Source: an uncultured virus (IMG/VR IMGVR_UViG_3300046782_000157)
Lineage: Duplodnaviria; Heunggongvirae; Uroviricota; Caudoviricetes
Reading direction: 5' to 3' (one strand)
Virus record (IMG/VR): IMGVR_UViG_3300046782_000157
DNA length: 64,000 bases
Below, piece after piece: positions 59,551 to 64,000 of this stretch. The notes under the pieces were generated by a model. The model worked only from the letters and a program-made list of their open reading frames with translations, was not told the DNA's origin and made no database searches. Numbering within the stretch: the stretch's first letter is position 1; each line of letters begins with the position of its first letter. The translations under genes and the position numbers were made by a program.

Positions 59551-60969
59551 GTGCTTCGCTACATGTATCCCAAGCCGAGCGTCTACAGGTCGCAGCCTGC
59601 TGCCTGGATCCGCGACCGATGCGGTGCTCATGTCTGGAGCAAGCAGGAGGAGATCTGCGACTCGGTGGTGGATAACAAGTACACGGCTGTGAAGGCATGC
59701 CACGGCCCTGGAAAGAGCTACATCGCCGGCAAGATCGCGGCCTGGTGGCTCGATCCTTCGGTTCACTCTCTCGGATCGGCTTTTGTTGTCACCACCGCCC
59801 CTAGTTGGCCGCAGGTGCAGACGATTCTCTGGCGCGAGATTCGACGAACGCACAGACAGGCCAACCTGTTCGGCCGCATCACGCTGGAATGTATGTGGCA
59901 CATGGGCGAGGGCAGATCTGGTGAAGAGATCGTGGCTATGGGCCGCAAACCACAAGATTATGACGAGCAGGCGTTCCAAGGAATCCATGCGCAGTTCGTT
60001 CTGGTCATCATGGACGAGGCGTGCGGAATCCCTAAAGCTCTCTGGGACGCCGTGAAGTCGATCGTGACCAACGACCAGTGTCGTGTCCTCGCGATCGGCA
60101 ACCCGGACGACCCCGGCTCGGAGTTCGCAATGAACTGCAAGCCGGGGACGGATTGGAACGTCGTGCGTATCTCGGCGTTCGACACACCTGCCTTCACCGG
60201 CGAGGCTTGTCCGACAGAGGTCATGTCCCAGCTAACCAGTCCAGCGTGGGTGGACGAGCGCCGTCGCGACTGGGGTGAAGGCAGCAATCTCTGGATCTCC
60301 AAGGTGGAGGGAGAGTTTCCAGACGTCAGCGATGACTACCTGATCACGCCTAGCATGCTGACACGTGCGCACGCTCTCGATTTGCCTGGGTTCGCTCATG
60401 GCCGATACGGGATGGACGTAGCTCGTATGGGCGACGACATGACCGCCATCTACCGCAATCGAGGCGGGCAGGTGCGACACATAGATAGCTGGGCGAAGCA
60501 GGACACGATGCAGAGCGCGGATCGGGCATACGAGTATCTTGCCAGGCACTTTCCCAAGATGGTACCAATGAACGTGGACGGGATCGGTCTGGGCGCCGGA
60601 GTCTACGACCGGCTGCGGCAGCGTAGATGTGAGGTGGGCAACTTCGAGGGATCGGGCCGAGCCCTGAATCCGGCTAAGTTCAACAACCGCCGTTCGGAGA
60701 TGTGGTGGACGTTCCGCAACTTGATGGAGGAGGGTGGCATCGACCTGGATCCCTTGGACACGCAGTTGTCCGAGGAGCTACAGACCATTAAGTGGTTCAT
60801 CGACCTATCGGGTCGCATCTGTATCGAGACCAAGGAAGATGCCAAGAAACGAGGCGTCGCATCGCCGAACAGAGCTGACGCAGCGGCGATGAGCACAGTC
60901 GAGGCGGGCACGATCCTCAGGATGAACTCTGAGTCCATCTCTGGGTCGCTCTTGACAAAGGCAATGTAG
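59551..60969 (+). CDS. terL: terminase large subunit
   Basis: HGPGKS Walker A, FQGIH, IMDEA Walker B, GNP, DVAR.G.D, SPNRADA; true start may be upstream. Confidence 0.95.
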   Translation: MLRYMYPKPSVYRSQPAAWIRDRCGAHVWSKQEEICDSVVDNKYTAVKACHGPGKSYIAGKIAAWWLDPSVHSLGSAFVVTTAPSWPQVQTILWREIRRTHRQANLFGRITLECMWHMGEGRSGEEIVAMGRKPQDYDEQAFQGIHAQFVLVIMDEACGIPKALWDAVKSIVTNDQCRVLAIGNPDDPGSEFAMNCKPGTDWNVVRISAFDTPAFTGEACPTEVMSQLTSPAWVDERRRDWGEGSNLWISKVEGEFPDVSDDYLITPSMLTRAHALDLPGFAHGRYGMDVARMGDDMTAIYRNRGGQVRHIDSWAKQDTMQSADRAYEYLARHFPKMVPMNVDGIGLGAGVYDRLRQRRCEVGNFEGSGRALNPAKFNNRRSEMWWTFRNLMEEGGIDLDPLDTQLSEELQTIKWFIDLSGRICIETKEDAKKRGVASPNRADAAAMSTVEAGTILRMNSESISGSLLTKAM

Positions 60970-60977
60970 GGAGGGGC

Positions 60978-61799
60978 ATGGCAGTTCCAAACGTCAAATT
61001 CAATAGGATGGTCAAGGAGGGCATGAAGGGGAACGACGTCATTGCCCTCAAGATCTGTGCTAGTCGCGCAGGCTGCTGGCCCTGGGCTGAGTTCGACAAC
61101 ATCGCCCACAAGGAATTCATGATGGGCCGAGGCAAGACAAAGGGCACCAGTGGGCTCAGAGGACTCCAGCGCCTACTCAAGATCAACGCTGACGGCGTGT
61201 ACGGGCCGGTCACGCACACCAAGTCTCTGCCCTTCAAGGTTCCGGGTGGACACCTACATGCTGGCGAGTACATCTGGGACGGTCATGCTCAAGTGCTCTA
61301 CAGCGGCGCCAGCACCAGCAGCGTCGTAGACAAGCAGAAAGCGATCGTCGCTGACGTCTGGAAATGGTGGCAATGGATGATCGCGCACAAGGGCCAGATT
61401 CACTATGCGCAGACGCGACCGATGGGACAGCTAGCGGCGAAACACGAGCCACCGTTGCTGCCGTACTACGAAGACTGCTCATCGACGTTTATCTACTGCG
61501 CGTTCCTCGGTGGCGCGAAGTCTCCTGACATCGCCTACGGTTTCAGCGGCTACGGCAATACGGACTCCCTCATCCGCTGCGGCATCCCGATCTCGGAGTC
61601 GCAGATCCCACAGTACATGCTGACGCACTACCTTGGGGTCATCTACGGCAGCAGCGTCTGGAGCACGCATCACATTTCGGCCATCAAGTCTCCGACGCAG
61701 GTGGCCTCGATGGGCAGCGAGAGCGCACCTGAGTGGTGGAACTCGATCCATAGAGGCCCGGGAGCGATCGCAGGGATTCGAGCCTACTCAGTCTTGTAA
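60978..61799 (+). CDS. putative endolysin (PG-binding plus NlpC/P60-like peptidase)
   Basis: GMKGNDV..L...ADGVYGP.T; Y.Q.RP..DCSS...GNT..H. Confidence 0.7.
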   Translation: MAVPNVKFNRMVKEGMKGNDVIALKICASRAGCWPWAEFDNIAHKEFMMGRGKTKGTSGLRGLQRLLKINADGVYGPVTHTKSLPFKVPGGHLHAGEYIWDGHAQVLYSGASTSSVVDKQKAIVADVWKWWQWMIAHKGQIHYAQTRPMGQLAAKHEPPLLPYYEDCSSTFIYCAFLGGAKSPDIAYGFSGYGNTDSLIRCGIPISESQIPQYMLTHYLGVIYGSSVWSTHHISAIKSPTQVASMGSESAPEWWNSIHRGPGAIAGIRAYSVL

Positions 61800-61803
61800 T
61801 GCG

Positions 61804-61998
61804 ATGTCTCTGCTCGAACCAGCCGAATACCAGGTCTTGTTCTTGACAGCAAACGGACACACAGCCAAAGAGATCGGAAGGGCAACTGGTTGGCCCGAGG
61901 AGACTGTCAAATCTCTACTTCGATCAACAAGACGCAAGCTCGGAGCGAAGAACACTGTTAACGCCATCTGGATCGCACTACAGAAGGGACTGCTGTAG
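61804..61998 (+). CDS. stand-alone LuxR/GerE-type HTH regulator
   Basis: L.PAEYQVL...ANG.TAKEI......ETVKS.L....RKLG.KN...A...A...GLL. Confidence 0.85.
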   Translation: MSLLEPAEYQVLFLTANGHTAKEIGRATGWPEETVKSLLRSTRRKLGAKNTVNAIWIALQKGLL

Positions 61999-62000
61999 CG

Positions 62001-63419
62001 ATGTCGTATTCAGCGCCACAGAAGCTCGGAGATCGAATCGGCGCGCCACCTACCGATCCTCTTGGCGTCGTTCTCCAGGGCACGTTGAGCCCTGCCGGGA
62101 TGGCGCCATGGACTCAGTGGTACGACACTAGCGAGTACGTTCCAGAGCTGAAGTGGCCGCTGTCAATTGGCGTCTACAACCAGATGCGTACCGATCCTCA
62201 GCTGTCGGCTCTGTACAAGGGCACGACCCTTCCCATCCGTCGTTGGGATTGGTTCATTGTCCCGAACGGGGCCGACGAATCTACGGTGCGTGAGCTTCAG
62301 AAGGATCTCAACCTTCCCGTAGAAGGCGAGAAGCTGCTGGAGCAACCTTTGAGAGGCCGCTCTAAGAACAGGTTCCAGTTCATGGAGCACATGCGCCTGG
62401 CCATGCGGGCGCTCTTGTTCGGCTTTGCGTATTTCGAACAGCTGGGAACGATCACTCCGACGGATGCCCTCCCGGACGGTCGCTGGCAGCTACGCAAGTT
62501 GGCAGAGCGCCCGCAGAAGACTATTGATCAGTTCCTGGTCGCTGACGATGGAGGTTTGATCTCGATTCGACAGAACATCCGGCCGCTGAATCAAATAGGT
62601 AATTATCTCCAGCCCCTGGAGATTCCGATTGATCGCCTAGTTGGATACGTCTGGGAGCAGGAAGATGGTTCCTGGGTTGGTCGCAGCATGATGCGCGACT
62701 GTTACAAGAGCTGGGTCGTGAAGGATCGGCTGATCAGGATCGACGCCATCAACCACGAACGCGCTGGCGGTGTTCCGTATGTGACCGCTCAGCCCGGAGC
62801 GACGGCAGGAGAGATCGAGCAGCTTCACAACATGGCGCGCGACTTCAAGATCGGAGAGGCTGCCGGTGGAGCTGTTCCGTTCGGTGCTGCTCTGAACATC
62901 GCTCGCGCCGGTAACACGAACGTCGTAGAGTCGATCAAGTATCACGACGAGTCTATGGCGCGGAACTGGCTGCTGATGATGATGCAGCTCGGCATGACAA
63001 CGTCGGGCTCGCGCGCTCTCGGCCGAACGTTCCATGACTTCTTTGCCCAGGGCCAAGACGCGATCGCGCAGTGGTTCGCTAGCGTGTTCAACTGTCATGT
63101 GGTCGAAGACTGGGTGGACTGGAACTATGGCGAGGATGTTGAGCAGGTGCCACTGCTTGGATTCAAGCCAGACATCGACCTTGCCCTGTCGGAGATCTCC
63201 GGCCTGATTCAACAGGGCGCGATTGTCGTGGATAGAGATTTGGAAGACGCCCTGCGCAAGGAGACGGGGCTACCTCCAAAAGCAGAGGGTGCACCTGACC
63301 CGACCTCGCAAGCAGAGATGGCAAAGCTGCAAAAACCTCCTCCTGGTAGTGGTGGTGCGGAGTCGGGTCAGGATGCCCCCGGAAGTGGCACAAAGCCAGA
63401 AGGTGGGCAGGGCCAATGA
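62001..63419 (+). CDS. portal protein (DUF935-like)
   Basis: M..DPQ, FGF..FE, G.S..R..Y..W..K, GSRALG motifs. Confidence 0.9.
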   Translation: MSYSAPQKLGDRIGAPPTDPLGVVLQGTLSPAGMAPWTQWYDTSEYVPELKWPLSIGVYNQMRTDPQLSALYKGTTLPIRRWDWFIVPNGADESTVRELQKDLNLPVEGEKLLEQPLRGRSKNRFQFMEHMRLAMRALLFGFAYFEQLGTITPTDALPDGRWQLRKLAERPQKTIDQFLVADDGGLISIRQNIRPLNQIGNYLQPLEIPIDRLVGYVWEQEDGSWVGRSMMRDCYKSWVVKDRLIRIDAINHERAGGVPYVTAQPGATAGEIEQLHNMARDFKIGEAAGGAVPFGAALNIARAGNTNVVESIKYHDESMARNWLLMMMQLGMTTSGSRALGRTFHDFFAQGQDAIAQWFASVFNCHVVEDWVDWNYGEDVEQVPLLGFKPDIDLALSEISGLIQQGAIVVDRDLEDALRKETGLPPKAEGAPDPTSQAEMAKLQKPPPGSGGAESGQDAPGSGTKPEGGQGQ

Positions 63420-63504
63420 GGGTGGTCATCTCGGTCGGGGGCGCTCCCTCCCGGCTACTCTTTGCGGCTCTGCTCATATGTCCCAGCGACGAGAAGGAGG
63501 ATTA

Positions 63505-63696
63505 ATGGCTGGGAAGATCGAAGGAGCAACAGGCAACATGTTTGGCGTCAAGGGTGGCGCCAAGAGGATTCCCACCGCCAGGTGGGAGACTAACAGCCCG
63601 GAAACGGGTGGCCCGCCCGAGACGAAGGGACGTGAAGGAGCCATGCTCAAGGCAGAGCTGGCCAAGTCCAAGGGCACTGGGTTGAAGGTTCCGTAG
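63505..63696 (+). CDS. small hypothetical protein
   Basis: RBS AAGGAGG, ATG 63505. Confidence 0.55.
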   Translation: MAGKIEGATGNMFGVKGGAKRIPTARWETNSPETGGPPETKGREGAMLKAELAKSKGTGLKVP

Positions 63697-64000
63697 ATGA
63701 CCTGGGTGCTGGAGAAGATCGAGGGCACGCCGTACACGCGCCTGAAAGGCGTGCCGCTGGTGGGGACTGGCATCGACTACGTCATCTCGACGCACCCCGA
63801 GGGATTTACAATCTCGGAGGAAATGCTGGCAGATGCTGTGGCGGCTGTTGATGATCCAGCGATCGTGGAGCCTCGCATGAAGCTGGGGCATGACGATCCT
63901 CGCTTCGACAGCCCCGAGTTCGATGGGGAGCCTGCGGTGGGCAGGATAGAGAATCTGAGTCTGGGCAATAACGGACAGACGATCTATGGTGATTATGTCA
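63697..64000 (+). CDS. prohead protease N-terminus (3' truncated)
   Basis: MTWVLEK...GVPLVGTG...KLGH.DPRF...DGEPAVGRIENL; open to window end. Confidence 0.75.
   Translation, partial: MTWVLEKIEGTPYTRLKGVPLVGTGIDYVISTHPEGFTISEEMLADAVAAVDDPAIVEPRMKLGHDDPRFDSPEFDGEPAVGRIENLSLGNNGQTIYGDYV

Overview
The window is a near-complete, circularly permuted, high-GC genome of an apparently lytic, contractile-tailed phage. The host is probably an actinobacterium (inference from an Rpf-like gene, a GGGGGAA chaperone frameshift and extended RBSs). The prohead protease/scaffold gene appears split across the window ends (63697-64000 and 1-389). The + strand carries head, fibre, neck, sheath, tube, tape-measure, baseplate and holin genes (1-24381) and packaging/lysis genes (54.7-64 kb). 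The - strand carries ThyX, HU, an Rpf-like protein, DnaE, a candidate nucleotide-modification cluster, primase-MCM helicase, SSB, AAA and PD-(D/E)XK proteins, an SNF2 helicase, and a ~10 kb array of small putative early genes. Three signals stand out. (1) Fifteen copies of a structurally conserved, sequence-variable hairpin (G.G mismatch, invariant U.G wobble) sit upstream of RBSs in the early array, mostly starting at the previous gene's stop codon. (2) An ~850 bp segment at the start of that operon is almost free of CA/TG dinucleotides. (3) A putative DNA-hypermodification cluster is accompanied by a variant ThyX and a phage-encoded polymerase. No integrase, tRNA or CRISPR array was recognised. 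All family assignments are by-eye motif recognition, not database results.
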